From positions 329,677 through 393,676 of the forward strand of contig DFRJ01000002.1 in the NCBI GenBank assembly GCA_002378195.1: a stretch of DNA of 64,000 nt, in the 5' to 3' direction. Shown piece after piece: positions 47,670 to 57,880 of the stretch (within the stretch, counting starts at the first letter, position 1; every line of letters begins with the position of its first letter). The stretch is from Patescibacteria group bacterium UBA3466 (GTDB taxonomy: Bacteria > Patescibacteriota > Minisyncoccia > Phycocordibacterales > UBA918). The notes under the pieces are model-generated. The model saw nothing but the letters and a program-made list of their open reading frames with translations, did not search any database and had not been told where the DNA came from. The translations under genes and the position numbers were made by a program.

Positions 47670-48893
47670 TTATTCTACTATGCCGTTATTCTCAATGATT
47701 TCCTTATACACGTACGCGGACGGTCTGATTTTTCTGTCTAGCGTTTCGTAATCTATTTCGATCAAACCAAATTTCTTCTCAAACCCTAGTGCCCACTCGT
47801 AGTTATCCATCAAAGACCAGTACAAATGGCCACGCACATCCACACCGTCTTCTATGGCCTGCCAAGTTGCCTCAATCTGCCTGACAATATACTCGGCTCT
47901 ATCCGAGTCGTCATGATCAGCCAAACCAGCCTCAGACACAAACAGAGGTTTATTGTACTTGGATAGCATTTTTAGCGCAGCATATATTTTGTCTGGAGCA
48001 AAGTTCCAATCCATATCAGTTTTTTTCCACTCACGCTTATCACCAAACTGGGTATAGAAATAATAATTCAAACCGACCGAATCACAGTGACCCTGCACTC
48101 GCTTCATAAATTTACCAGTCCATACGTAGTTGGCTACAAATGCTTTAATTTTATTGAACGGATTCCAGTTGGCATCAAATACGATGACGTGTTTTACCAC
48201 ACTTACCTCAACTGCTGAATTTACTTGCTTGATTGCTGAATATGCTTGGTTGTGCGCTGCAGCCAAATTCTTCATTACCCTAAAATAGGTAAATAGAGGC
48301 TTGATTCCTTTGGAGGATTTCGGTTCATATATTTTGCCGGAGTTGGTAATTGAAACCATATCTGTCACTGCAAAGCGCTTAAAGGGCGGCCAGGTACCGC
48401 GCAACCAGCCATTGCTACCAAATACATTGGGTTCATTCATGGTAGAGAAATGACTACACAAATCTCCAAGGTTCTGCACTACGAAACTGGCGTAACGAGC
48501 AAATACTTCTGGTGCGTCGCTACGCTCAAAACCACCAGACTGGTAAAACCAATCAGGCAATGTAAAGTGCCACAATGTCACAAATGGAGTCAGCCCTCTG
48601 TCGTTGAGTGCTTTTAGGACCGCGCGGTAGTGAGTGATGGCGTCCTCATTAAATTTTCCTTCTTCTGGCTCAATTCGAGCCCACTCCACGGAAAAACGAT
48701 GGGCTGTGTGCCCAAGCTCTTTAGCCAGATCAAAATCAGTCTGGAAACGATTAAAATGATCGCAAGCACGCCCGCATAAGGGCACTCGGCCTTCCTCAGC
48801 GGCAATAGCCCAGTCGCAATTATCAATTCCTCCTTCTACTTGGTATGAAGCTGTAGCTGCACCCCAATAAAACCCCTCCGGAAATTTTTTCAT
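47670..48893 (-). CDS. bglA: GH1 family beta-glucosidase/6-phospho-beta-glucosidase
   Basis: MKKFPEGFYWGAATASYQVEGG N-terminal signature. TLWHFTLP, and ITENG-like and NEP motifs. The start is probably the ATG at 48893. Confidence 0.85.
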   Translation of the reverse strand: MKKFPEGFYWGAATASYQVEGGIDNCDWAIAAEEGRVPLCGRACDHFNRFQTDFDLAKELGHTAHRFSVEWARIEPEEGKFNEDAITHYRAVLKALNDRGLTPFVTLWHFTLPDWFYQSGGFERSDAPEVFARYASFVVQNLGDLCSHFSTMNEPNVFGSNGWLRGTWPPFKRFAVTDMVSITNSGKIYEPKSSKGIKPLFTYFRVMKNLAAAHNQAYSAIKQVNSAVEVSVVKHVIVFDANWNPFNKIKAFVANYVWTGKFMKRVQGHCDSVGLNYYFYTQFGDKREWKKTDMDWNFAPDKIYAALKMLSKYNKPLFVSEAGLADHDDSDRAEYIVRQIEATWQAIEDGVDVRGHLYWSLMDNYEWALGFEKKFGLIEIDYETLDRKIRPSAYVYKEIIENNGIVE

Positions 48894-49025
48894 ATCAATA
48901 CAAGTCAAGAATTATGCTGCTAACAGATTTCCCCTCTTACCGAGGCTGTACACCGTGTCGTTATTTCTTCTCGTGAACTCGAGAAATAACTGGCACGGTC
49001 TTGCGAAGGTCTCCCAGACCTTCTC

Positions 49026-49058
49026 ACCCCAATAAAACCCCTCCGGAAATTTTTTCAT
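49026..49058 (-). repeat. 33-nt duplicate of the bglA 5' end including its start codon and first codons (identical to 48861-48893)
   Basis: ACCCCAATAAAACCCCTCCGGAAATTTTTTCAT occurs twice. The copy creates the spurious ORF 48912-49130. Confidence 0.6.
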
Positions 49059-49077
49059 TACTTTAATAGTATAGCAA

Positions 49078-49106
49078 ATACAAAAAGGCTCCCAATTTGG
49101 GAGCCT
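49078..49106 (-). terminator. Intrinsic terminator (AGGCTCCCAAATTGGGAGCCT plus T-run on the minus strand)
   Basis: Read directly from the sequence. Confidence 0.65.
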
Positions 49107-49122
49107 ATCGAGGTGTCCAGAT

Positions 49123-49626
49123 TTACACACAGGTTACATCCTCTTTTCTGATATCACCTTGCGAAAAAAGTTCGTAATGCTGGCGCACCAAATCTTGATG
49201 AGGACCAGAAGGAAACAAAGTGCCATCAATTGTAAATGGATCATCCAAACCTGGCACATTAACAATCTCTGGTTTTCGCAAATTTCCTTTTGCGCTTAAC
49301 ACCAATACTCGCATCGCGATGTCTCCGATTCTCATTGCAAAGTATGGAGTTTCGACAGGGTGGAAAAACCATTGATAGCGCTTATCATCATCACTAAAAA
49401 CTGGATGATATGCTCCATCTATGCCTGCCTTGAGCAGAATCCACTGGCGGTTACGTCGCCAATTAGCATCGACAGCCTTCGGCAGCACATTTGGATCAGC
49501 TGCCACATGCGCCCAACCAACATTGTAGAGCTCTGAAAAATTAACCATCAGTCGACTATTCCAACGTCGGCCCCCGTCCTCTCGAAAATTACGAAAACGT
49601 ACCGTCGGTTGGTTGATATGTAGCAT
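49123..49626 (-). CDS. Hypothetical cytoplasmic protein (167 aa)
   Basis: ORF only. Confidence 0.45.
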   Translation of the reverse strand: MLHINQPTVRFRNFREDGGRRWNSRLMVNFSELYNVGWAHVAADPNVLPKAVDANWRRNRQWILLKAGIDGAYHPVFSDDDKRYQWFFHPVETPYFAMRIGDIAMRVLVLSAKGNLRKPEIVNVPGLDDPFTIDGTLFPSGPHQDLVRQHYELFSQGDIRKEDVTCV

Positions 49627-49676
49627 TTTGATACCTCAAAAGAAAAGAACTTTACCACAAAAATACTATCTCCACA

Positions 49677-50435
49677 TTAGAAGTCAAGTTTATTAATGAA
49701 TGTTCTCGGGGCCATGTGTTTTAACCAAACATCATACAAGTCTTTAATAATCAAAACATCAGTTGAGTTACGGCGGGCAATGTCGGCAAATTTTTTCTCC
49801 TGAAAAAATTTGCCGACCGCTTCCCCTGCAAACAATTGTTTATTCGACAAGCCGTACGCATCGGCCAAAACCTGCAAAGACGGCTTGTAGTTCATTGCCC
49901 CTCCAAAAGAAAACTCGTGCATCAGATCCACATGATAAGGAGGTGACTGTTGGGTTAAATATTTTTGCTGAGCAATTTCTATACTAGGCCGGATTTTGTT
50001 AATGACGGATCGATGAAATATAAACGGTAGCAAAAATGAACGACCGCCATATGTTACAAACGTGTCATAGTTGCTAGCGCCTTCCCACCAATCCTCTAAT
50101 ATTTCTTTCTCTGATCTGGTCTTGTATGTGAAGGAATTGTCCTTAAAATCACCTGCTGTATCAGCTGTGTAGTAGGTGGCCCCTAAATCCCGTTCGATAT
50201 CATACATAGAGAGCGACACCACCCGCCCAGTAAAGGGCGATAAAGCTAGGCGCTCTCGTGCCTCTCGCATTACACTATCCGTCTGCCCTAGAGACTTATG
50301 GCGACTCTGTAGCCATTTAACCAAACCATCCTTACTACTGTCAGGTACGTCTTCCCACTCGTACCCAACCGTCTCGATGTCTACCACCAAAGTCGCCATG
50401 ACTAATTCAAAGGTTGTGGCGAAGACACGAAGCAC
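49677..50435 (-). CDS. RNase H-like 3'-5' exonuclease, related to the PolB exonuclease domain (DEDD family)
   Basis: VVDIETVG (Exo I, DxE). YGGRSFLLPFI (Exo II-like). HVDLMHEF and SLQVLADAYGL (Exo III region). Confidence 0.5.
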   Translation of the reverse strand: MLRVFATTFELVMATLVVDIETVGYEWEDVPDSSKDGLVKWLQSRHKSLGQTDSVMREARERLALSPFTGRVVSLSMYDIERDLGATYYTADTAGDFKDNSFTYKTRSEKEILEDWWEGASNYDTFVTYGGRSFLLPFIFHRSVINKIRPSIEIAQQKYLTQQSPPYHVDLMHEFSFGGAMNYKPSLQVLADAYGLSNKQLFAGEAVGKFFQEKKFADIARRNSTDVLIIKDLYDVWLKHMAPRTFINKLDF

Positions 50436-51214
50436 TCCAACATACTCAAACTTAGTTCAGCTCCTCCCACGTAATAACCATAATTCAGACCATTTGTAAT
50501 TCCTCCGCAACTATCAGTCGGTCGGTCGGTCGTACCGTAAATAGGCCAACCATCAAGAGCGTAACCAATCAATGTAGTTTCATCAAAAATTCTGTACAGT
50601 AAAAAATCTTCGTTTCTAATCAGTGAACCATCTAGCGCAACGCCAATCACATCAGTCTCAAAGCATTGTGGTGAGCCAGCTAGAGGCGGTGACACGGGCA
50701 GCTGCAACAAAGGCCGCTCAACCAGCTCCAACACTTCTATCATTTCTGTCGACGAACCAGTCGAACTAGCCACTTCCACTACCACCTCTTCTTCGATATA
50801 AAATACCCTAGCGCCCTCTGTCTCTTTATGCAAAACACCTCTTAATGGCCAATCACCCGCATACAGCCGGTAATCAGCGCATCCAACCGTATCAATAGTA
50901 ATCTCATCGTCCACCACCAAACTTTCCGGTAAATCCAAAGCTAGCAATGGGTCATCTAGATCGCTATTATCAGCAATCACCAACTCCTGTCCTTCACTAA
51001 TCTTGCGTCGCATTTCAGCCAAACGCTCTGCCCGGGACAGCTCTTGCTCCTCTGGTACAGTAGCCTCATAATCACCATCTAAATCTTCAGTAAAAGTTAG
51101 ACTGTTGTCACTCTTAAACGCAACACCATTATCATTGAGTATGGTGGCACCTATGGCCACGACCAAAAACACGATGGTAACAAACAGCAAAACGAAATCT
51201 CTCGTCCTAAACAT
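50402..51214 (-). CDS. Secreted or membrane-anchored hypothetical protein. The true start is probably MFRTRDF at about 51214; the annotated extension reads through the upstream terminator
   Basis: An N-terminal TM follows MFRTRDFVLLFVTIVFLVVAIGATIL. Confidence 0.45.
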   Translation of the reverse strand: MFRTRDFVLLFVTIVFLVVAIGATILNDNGVAFKSDNSLTFTEDLDGDYEATVPEEQELSRAERLAEMRRKISEGQELVIADNSDLDDPLLALDLPESLVVDDEITIDTVGCADYRLYAGDWPLRGVLHKETEGARVFYIEEEVVVEVASSTGSSTEMIEVLELVERPLLQLPVSPPLAGSPQCFETDVIGVALDGSLIRNEDFLLYRIFDETTLIGYALDGWPIYGTTDRPTDSCGGITNGLNYGYYVGGAELSLSMLECFVSSPQPLN

Positions 51215-51226
51215 ATAGCCATCATA

Positions 51227-51256
51227 GCAAAAGGCGGCGGCAAAGCCGCCGCCTTT
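51227..51256 (-). terminator. Intrinsic terminator (AAGGCGGCGGC-AAA-GCCGCCGCCTT plus T-run on the minus strand) after the ATP-grasp gene
   Basis: Read directly from the sequence. Confidence 0.65.
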
Positions 51257-51267
51257 ACCCACTCCTC

Positions 51268-52647
51268 CTACTTAGTCTTTTTCGTTGTCTTTCTGACTCT
51301 TTTCTTAACCGTCTTTGGTTTTGCCTTCACAACACCTCCCGACCCTCGACTAGCCACCTTAATGTCCACCAGTTTCTCTACCCGCCGAATATCAGCCAAT
51401 AGTTTTGAACGATCTTGGTTGTACATGAGCAAGTTGAACACAGACCGGCCGCCGTTTCTGGCAAAGACAGATTTATCACCGATTTTCTTGTTCTGTTTAA
51501 TGCTGTGGAAAGACTCTAGAGTTTCAATCTTTTTGATCCCTTTCAATTCAGTAATGACACCCTCATTATCAGCAAACCATTTAATAGCACAAGCAAACCC
51601 CTTACACTTCTTTGGAACAACTGGCTTCTTAGGAATCCTCACCAGAACATCGTTGAGTGAGTGATTAATGTCACAGCTTAGCTGATGCAAGACATGACGA
51701 AAACCTCCTACTCGCGCACCCACCTCAACAATCTTCCACTCATCATCAATTTTCATCAATTCAACATGACAAGTCGTACTGCGTAGACCAAGGGCGTGAA
51801 TGGCTTTCTCAGCCGCTTCTTCAGCTTTTTTCACCGTATGTGCCTTCAGAGCGGTCGGTGTCATTTGTAGATAATTATAAAAATCATCATGACCAATATC
51901 TCGTCCGGTCTTTTGACGGACCAGCGGACAGTGACTGATGCCTCCTCTTGAGTTTACATATGAATCAATTGAGTAGAGATCTCCTTCCATGAACTGTTCG
52001 GCAATCACCTTGGGAACATTCATACTGCTCTCATTAGCGTAAGCGGTTTTGATTTTTCTAAACAGCGTCCGGAGCGTCTTTTCCAACTCCTCTTCGTGGT
52101 AGCAGATAGTCACAAACAGGCTTCCTGCCAAACTAGCCGGCTTAATAATCATTGGAAAACCAATCTTCTTGATAGTTCGCTTTCTTTCTTCGATAGAGTT
52201 TTTCTTTACCCATGTGAACTTAGGGGTAATTTTTGAGTCATACAAATTGAAGCGCTTGCGCATTTCATATTTATCACTAGACCAATCCAATGATTCAGTA
52301 CCAGGTGTGCGCAAATATGGCACATGAGGTATGACTTTCATAAACCGAGCCATATGCTTCTCAGACCGACAGGTAACAGCTAAAAGCTCATCTTGATACG
52401 GCAGTAAGGTTTCGGCGATTTTCCACGGTTTAGAAAAATCACAAGCAGCATAAATATCCAAACCTTCAGTCTCAGCCAACTTGGTGGTATCACGCAATCT
52501 AGAATCCATCAGCAACATCACTCGCAAAGGTCCACCAAAGTCCTTTTCGTATCTTCGAATCTGTTCAATTGTGTCTTTGCCGTCAGGCAAATTCATCACG
52601 AACAAAATAATATTTTTATTAATCTCTTTCATGTATCTTAGAAACAA
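51268..52647 (-). CDS. ATP-grasp domain protein (carboxylate-amine ligase-like) with an extra N-terminal domain
   Basis: KIGFPMIIKPASLAGSLFVTICYHEEELEKTL and ELMKIDDEWKIVEVGARVGG fit the ATP-grasp fold. Confidence 0.55.
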   Translation of the reverse strand: MFLRYMKEINKNIILFVMNLPDGKDTIEQIRRYEKDFGGPLRVMLLMDSRLRDTTKLAETEGLDIYAACDFSKPWKIAETLLPYQDELLAVTCRSEKHMARFMKVIPHVPYLRTPGTESLDWSSDKYEMRKRFNLYDSKITPKFTWVKKNSIEERKRTIKKIGFPMIIKPASLAGSLFVTICYHEEELEKTLRTLFRKIKTAYANESSMNVPKVIAEQFMEGDLYSIDSYVNSRGGISHCPLVRQKTGRDIGHDDFYNYLQMTPTALKAHTVKKAEEAAEKAIHALGLRSTTCHVELMKIDDEWKIVEVGARVGGFRHVLHQLSCDINHSLNDVLVRIPKKPVVPKKCKGFACAIKWFADNEGVITELKGIKKIETLESFHSIKQNKKIGDKSVFARNGGRSVFNLLMYNQDRSKLLADIRRVEKLVDIKVASRGSGGVVKAKPKTVKKRVRKTTKKTK

Positions 52648-52780
52648 AAAATCAGCAGAACTGCCGATATTTAAACATCAATATTTCAGATGCTAAAATC
52701 ATACACTGTAATTTACCCAAATTCATACGTGAACACACATGTTATTAGATGACAACTCTTGACTTTATAAAAAGCAAATT

Positions 52781-53647
52781 CTAAGACCTAGACTCATTTG
52801 CCAACTTTTCATACACATCCAACAAGGCATCTTCGAAAGAATTGTCGACCACCGAATCCAGCCCGTACCAGCTCGGATTTACATTAAGCTCAATTAGTCG
52901 ATACTGTCCATCCTGCTCTGACTTGATCAAATCAACTCCAGCTAAATCATGGGGTAGCGTTGCTATCGCCGCCTCGGCCAGATCAAACACTATCTTTCTC
53001 TCTTCTTCATCCGGAATAGCTTCGGCATATCCTCCCAACGCCAGATTAGCTCTAAAATCATCTGCTTTTGGTACCCGCCTATAACCACAGACAGCCTTAC
53101 CCTCCAATACCAGTACTCGCACATCATTTTTGTGTGGTAGATATTCTTGGAATAAATAGAGCGCTGGGGTATCGACACACTCATCCAAATCGCCTTGAGA
53201 CTGTATTTTGTGTACATGTGCTCCTTGAGTTCCTCTAAAGCGCTTGGCTATTATTGGTTCACCTAGTTTGGACTTTAAGGAATCCCAATTTGGTTCACGA
53301 GTAAACTCTGTTTTAGGAACAGGTAAACCAGCTCGTGAAAAATTCAGAGTCTGATACATTTTGTCGTGGGTTAAGTGTGGTAGTTTTGAGCGGTTGTTTA
53401 ACACCGGTATCTTAAGATCGATACAAATTTCACCAAACATCACACCAACCGGATCTGCCGTCCCTGCATAATAATGCAAGGCATCATAACGCTCAGCACA
53501 TTCCTTAGCAAAGGCCGTAAGACCGGCATGGGACAGTGGCATATCTGGCAGTGGAATATGCTCCACCACGTGACCACGCTCACTCGCTTTAAGAGACAAA
53601 GCAGTGAAACTTTTTTGCGCCTTTGCAGCAATAAAACCAAATTTCAT
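52781..53647 (-). CDS. RimK-like ATP-grasp ligase (alpha-L-glutamate ligase / glutathione synthetase-like)
   Basis: PIIAKRFRGTQGAHVHKI...VRVLVLEGKAVCGYRRV...ANLALGGYAE...GVDLI...ELNVNPSW matches the RimK family. Confidence 0.65.
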   Translation of the reverse strand: MKFGFIAAKAQKSFTALSLKASERGHVVEHIPLPDMPLSHAGLTAFAKECAERYDALHYYAGTADPVGVMFGEICIDLKIPVLNNRSKLPHLTHDKMYQTLNFSRAGLPVPKTEFTREPNWDSLKSKLGEPIIAKRFRGTQGAHVHKIQSQGDLDECVDTPALYLFQEYLPHKNDVRVLVLEGKAVCGYRRVPKADDFRANLALGGYAEAIPDEEERKIVFDLAEAAIATLPHDLAGVDLIKSEQDGQYRLIELNVNPSWYGLDSVVDNSFEDALLDVYEKLANESRS

Positions 53648-53683
53648 ACCAATCCTTCGTTGCGCTTATAGGGATTACGTAGA

Positions 53684-54370
53684 CTAAATCCCAAACTTAA
53701 TGTCAGTTTCCAACCCTGGGGCGACACCTCCTTCTGCCTCAACCTCATCATTCACAGCGTCTCCTGAAATAGCCGCTACAATTTGCGCTTCAAATTGTTC
53801 GTAAGTCTCATAAACTAATCTTTCACCATTCAAAAAGAAAGTCGGGGTGCCGGTGACACCTATTTCTCTACCTCCATTGAATTGACTTTGGATTCTATCT
53901 CGCAATACAGAAGAACCGAGATGTCGCCTATACTGATCCATATCCAAACCAATCTCTTCAGCGTACTTAGCAAAGAAAGTATTAGCCGCTGCACCTCCAC
54001 TCCACTCGGCCTGGTTCTGGAAAATCATGTCGTGCATTTCGTAAAACTTCCCCTGTTGGCCAGCCGCTTCTGCAGCCAAAGCCGCTTGCGCAGAAGCATT
54101 ACTCAAAAATGGAAAATGCCGGTATTCAAATTTAATACTGTCTCCGTGCCGCTCCAAAATATCATCCACCACCATAGCTGCCTGAGCACAAGATGGACAT
54201 TGAAGATCACTATACTTGACCAACTCTACTGACGCCTCTTTATTGCCCTTAACTTGATCTTGGACCACCACTCCTTCATTGGCCTGTTTGGCCGAATTGC
54301 TAGAAATTAAAAAAGCGCCGCCAAACAATACTATTGTTACGATGCCGATTATTACCCATGGATTTTTCAT
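53684..54370 (-). CDS. DsbA-like thioredoxin-fold oxidoreductase (CPSC active site) with a signal anchor
   Basis: VKYSDLQCPSCAQ is the CxxC motif. N-terminal TM. Confidence 0.65.
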   Translation of the reverse strand: MKNPWVIIGIVTIVLFGGAFLISSNSAKQANEGVVVQDQVKGNKEASVELVKYSDLQCPSCAQAAMVVDDILERHGDSIKFEYRHFPFLSNASAQAALAAEAAGQQGKFYEMHDMIFQNQAEWSGGAAANTFFAKYAEEIGLDMDQYRRHLGSSVLRDRIQSQFNGGREIGVTGTPTFFLNGERLVYETYEQFEAQIVAAISGDAVNDEVEAEGGVAPGLETDIKFGI

Positions 54371-54426
54371 ATGGAGCCTATTTTATCACAATCACCCACA
54401 CTGACCCAATCTAGACAGACTTTTCT

Positions 54427-57090
54427 TTGGTACACTTAAACACAATGCAACAAGTTCCCCACAGCCCCTGGTCTGACAACCTGGAGGAAATTGAGAACCT
54501 TCTCGACACCAACCTTGAGTCTGGTCTATCTGAAAGTGAAGCCAAGTCTCGTCTCAAAAGCCACGGCGAAAATGTATTCGACTCAAACAACGAAAAATCA
54601 GCAGTGGCTATATTTTTACAGCAATTTGCCAGTCCTCTTATTATCATTCTATGTGTTGCGGTAGTCATCACCGCTATTTTTGGAGAGTGGCTAGACACAT
54701 CCATCATTGCTTTCGCTGTAATCGTAAACGCTATCCTTGGTTTCATTCAGGAATACAAAGCCGAGAAAGCAATCTCCGACCTGCGTTCATACATTACTCA
54801 CCGCACTCGTGTCATTAGAGACGGTCACGAAATGGAGATTGATCCCCGCTTTTTGGTACCAGGAGACATTATTCATATTACTCACGGCGCTCGTATTACC
54901 GCTGACGCCCGAATCATCAGAGAAATTAATTTCACTGCGGATGAAGCAATCATGACCGGTGAGTCACTGCCGGTTGAAAAACAAGCCGAAATTCTAAGTG
55001 AGACAACCCAACTACCAGAACGCAACAACATGATATTCGCCGGCACACTGGGAATTGATGGTTCTGCTTATGGCGTCGTTACCGCCACTGGCTACCGGAC
55101 CGAAATTGGTAAATTAGCTAAGTTGGTTGATGAAACCGAAGCTGAACAAACACCGCTGCAAAAAGCCATGGGACAACTAACTGTTGCGATTATTGTACTG
55201 ACCTCAATTGCAGTTGGAATATTATTTATCGCCGGTCTAGCCCAAGGCTTACCATTTAAAGAAATGGTACTCATATCCATCGCGGTCTTGGTTGGATCAG
55301 TCCCTGAAGCTCTACCAATTGGCCTGACTGCCATTTTAGCGATTGGTGTAACGCGCATCGCCCAAAAGAAAGGTATCATGCGCAATCTGACCGCCGCTGA
55401 AACTTTGGGCTCAACCACTCTCATAATCACGGACAAAACTGGCACCCTGACCCAAGCCGACATGAAGCTGATCGATATTGATACTACTGACACATTGCTA
55501 GACGCAAACTTTACTCCAGCCGACCATACTGACAATTTCAATCAAGACCAACAAGACATCCTGATGCTGGCCCGCTGCTCAAGCGATGTGGTAATCGAAA
55601 ACCCGACTGATGAAATCGAGAAATGGGTCATGAGTGGCTCAGACCTAGAGACCAATATCGTTAAAGCGGCTGCCAAACACGACATCACCCAGACCGAAGC
55701 TGATCGCAGTGAAATCCAAATCCGCATTCCTTTCAGCTCCAAGCACAAATTCTCTGTAGTCCGAATCCCTTCTTCATACTTGCCGGGTCATTTGGACCAG
55801 TTTGAAGATCCGCACGTCGTCATGGGTGCACCCGACATCATGATTGAACGCTCATACCTTGACCATAACGCCAAAGCACAGCTGCTTAATGCCATCAAAA
55901 CCCATAGCCGTTATGGCCGTCGAGTGCTAGGTATTGGATTACTTACTCCTCACACCGACCCATCAAGCATTACGATAGACCACGTCCAAAATATGACCTT
56001 TTTGGGCGTCTTGAGTTTTCACGATCCAATTAGACCTGAAATAAAAGAGTCTTTAACTCGCATCAATTCATACGGCACCCGAGTCATTATGGCTACCGGC
56101 GATCTTCCAGGCACTGCCCTCGCTGTAGCTGAAGAAATTGGCTGGAAAGTCACTGAAAGTAATGTGTTGACTGGAGAACAACTGAAACAACTGACCGACG
56201 AAGAACTCATAAACCTGCTAGACAAAATTCACATTTACGCGCGCGTTACACCAAAAGACAAGCTACGTATTACCCAACTACACCAAAAACAAGGCGAGGT
56301 GGTAGCAATGACTGGTGACGGAGTGAACGATTCGCCTTCCCTTAAAGCAGCCAACATTGGTATCGCTGTTGGTTCGGGTAGCGATGTAGCTAAGAGCGTA
56401 TCGGACCTGATATTACTAGATGACAACTTCAATACCATTGTATCCACCATCGAAGAAGGTAAACAGATCCTTAGTAATATCAAAAAAATGTTTGTTTACC
56501 TCATGTCCAACGCCCTTGATGAGCTTATTTTGGTCGGCGGCGCAATTGTAGCAGGAGTTGCTCTTCCCCTCACTGCGGTACAAATTATTTGGGTGAACCT
56601 GTTCGCCGGCAGTTTGCCGGCTATTGCCTTTGCCTTTGACAGGCAACAAATGAAAGAGACTGATGCTACCAGCCGAAAACTCTATGATGCCCGTGTTATG
56701 TTCGTTACTATTTACGTCGCCGTAACCATATCTTTACTACTCTTTTCTTTGTATCTATTTTTACTCAGCTACGGCGTAGCTATCGAACTGGCCCGCAGCA
56801 TAGTATTCGCTAGCTTTGGTACTTACGCACTTTTTATCTCATTCTCATTCCTAGATCTTAGTCGCCCCTTATTTACTTACTCTCTACTCAAGAATCGACT
56901 CTTGATAGTCGGCGTCACCGTTGGATCACTAATCATGCTGGCCACTTTCACTGTACCTTTCTTGGCTCATGCCATAGATGTAACACCGCTACCGTGGCTT
57001 TGGATTGGATTTGTCGTTCTCTGGATCGGCTTTAATATGTTGGTAGTAGAATTAGGTAAGTGGTTTGCTAACCGATTCTTGGTCAGGTAG
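54427..57090 (+). CDS. P-type cation-transporting ATPase (type II, Ca2+/Mg2+-like)
   Basis: ITDKTGTLT phosphorylation motif. MTGDGVNDSPSLKAANIGIAVG hinge. 10 TM architecture. 887 aa. Confidence 0.9.
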   Translation: MVHLNTMQQVPHSPWSDNLEEIENLLDTNLESGLSESEAKSRLKSHGENVFDSNNEKSAVAIFLQQFASPLIIILCVAVVITAIFGEWLDTSIIAFAVIVNAILGFIQEYKAEKAISDLRSYITHRTRVIRDGHEMEIDPRFLVPGDIIHITHGARITADARIIREINFTADEAIMTGESLPVEKQAEILSETTQLPERNNMIFAGTLGIDGSAYGVVTATGYRTEIGKLAKLVDETEAEQTPLQKAMGQLTVAIIVLTSIAVGILFIAGLAQGLPFKEMVLISIAVLVGSVPEALPIGLTAILAIGVTRIAQKKGIMRNLTAAETLGSTTLIITDKTGTLTQADMKLIDIDTTDTLLDANFTPADHTDNFNQDQQDILMLARCSSDVVIENPTDEIEKWVMSGSDLETNIVKAAAKHDITQTEADRSEIQIRIPFSSKHKFSVVRIPSSYLPGHLDQFEDPHVVMGAPDIMIERSYLDHNAKAQLLNAIKTHSRYGRRVLGIGLLTPHTDPSSITIDHVQNMTFLGVLSFHDPIRPEIKESLTRINSYGTRVIMATGDLPGTALAVAEEIGWKVTESNVLTGEQLKQLTDEELINLLDKIHIYARVTPKDKLRITQLHQKQGEVVAMTGDGVNDSPSLKAANIGIAVGSGSDVAKSVSDLILLDDNFNTIVSTIEEGKQILSNIKKMFVYLMSNALDELILVGGAIVAGVALPLTAVQIIWVNLFAGSLPAIAFAFDRQQMKETDATSRKLYDARVMFVTIYVAVTISLLLFSLYLFLLSYGVAIELARSIVFASFGTYALFISFSFLDLSRPLFTYSLLKNRLLIVGVTVGSLIMLATFTVPFLAHAIDVTPLPWLWIGFVVLWIGFNMLVVELGKWFANRFLVR

Positions 57091-57129
57091 TGGACTTTTA
57101 TCTCAAACTATCATAGCCTCTACACTAAT

Positions 57130-57861
57130 ATGCCAATGAAACCAAATTTCGTCAGGAAGAAAAAACGCAAGGTGCACGGATCGACCTTTTGGGACCAAGA
57201 ATACACAAACCCTGAGCATCTAAAGTTATCCGATAAAGAAAGTGAGGATTTGGCAAAATTTACCAGATGGCTGATTCGACGTGAACGAGGCGACCTACTG
57301 GCAGAAGGAGCCAGCGCGATTGATGCTGGCTGCGGTAATGGCCGCAACCTGATCTACCTGGCTCGTCACTTCAACATGATTGGCGCCGGGGTAGATATTT
57401 CATCAGCAGCCATTTCTCAAGCGAAAGCTGCCTCGAAGGACCTCAATATTAAGTATCAGGTCGGCAGTGCTGCCGACCCACTACCAACCGATGACGGATC
57501 CCAAACCCTCGCCTTAGACATGATGACATCGCACTTTTTAGATAAGGCTGGCCGAGAACGCTTACGCGACGAACTCTACCGCAGTCTGCAACCGGGTGGT
57601 TATCTATTTATGAAAACCTTCCTCAAAGATAAAGACCTCCATACCGCCAGACTAATCAAAGAGAAACCCGGTGCAGAAGAAGGTAGCTATATCCACCCCG
57701 TCATGGGAGTAGCTGAGTATGTGTACAGTGAGGAGGAATTGGTTGATTTTTTAAGTGAGAAATTTATCGTGCGAAAAATTTATCGATCCCACAAACACGC
57801 CTTTAAGGGTAGAGCTCGCAAACGTCGCACTATCTCCATATACGCTGAGAAAGATTATTAG
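57130..57861 (+). CDS. Class I SAM-dependent methyltransferase
   Basis: AIDAGCGNGRNLIYLA is the SAM-binding motif I. Confidence 0.7.
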   Translation: MPMKPNFVRKKKRKVHGSTFWDQEYTNPEHLKLSDKESEDLAKFTRWLIRRERGDLLAEGASAIDAGCGNGRNLIYLARHFNMIGAGVDISSAAISQAKAASKDLNIKYQVGSAADPLPTDDGSQTLALDMMTSHFLDKAGRERLRDELYRSLQPGGYLFMKTFLKDKDLHTARLIKEKPGAEEGSYIHPVMGVAEYVYSEEELVDFLSEKFIVRKIYRSHKHAFKGRARKRRTISIYAEKDY

Positions 57862-57880
57862 AATGTAGTAAAATGTCGAC

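Noticed and set aside
48912-49130. 72-aa ORF starting MCKSG... containing MKKFPEGFYWG
   Set aside because: It is created by the 33-nt duplication of the bglA 5' end and runs into a terminator. It is not a plausible independent gene.
51215-51262. N-terminal extension MGKGGGFAAAFCYDGY of ORF 50402-51262
   Set aside because: It reads through the terminator hairpin of the upstream gene. The downstream ATG gives a normal TM-anchored N-terminus.
55092-56649. Minus-strand ORFs inside the P-type ATPase gene
   Set aside because: They are antisense to a well-supported 887-aa ATPase. No RBS or independent signals.
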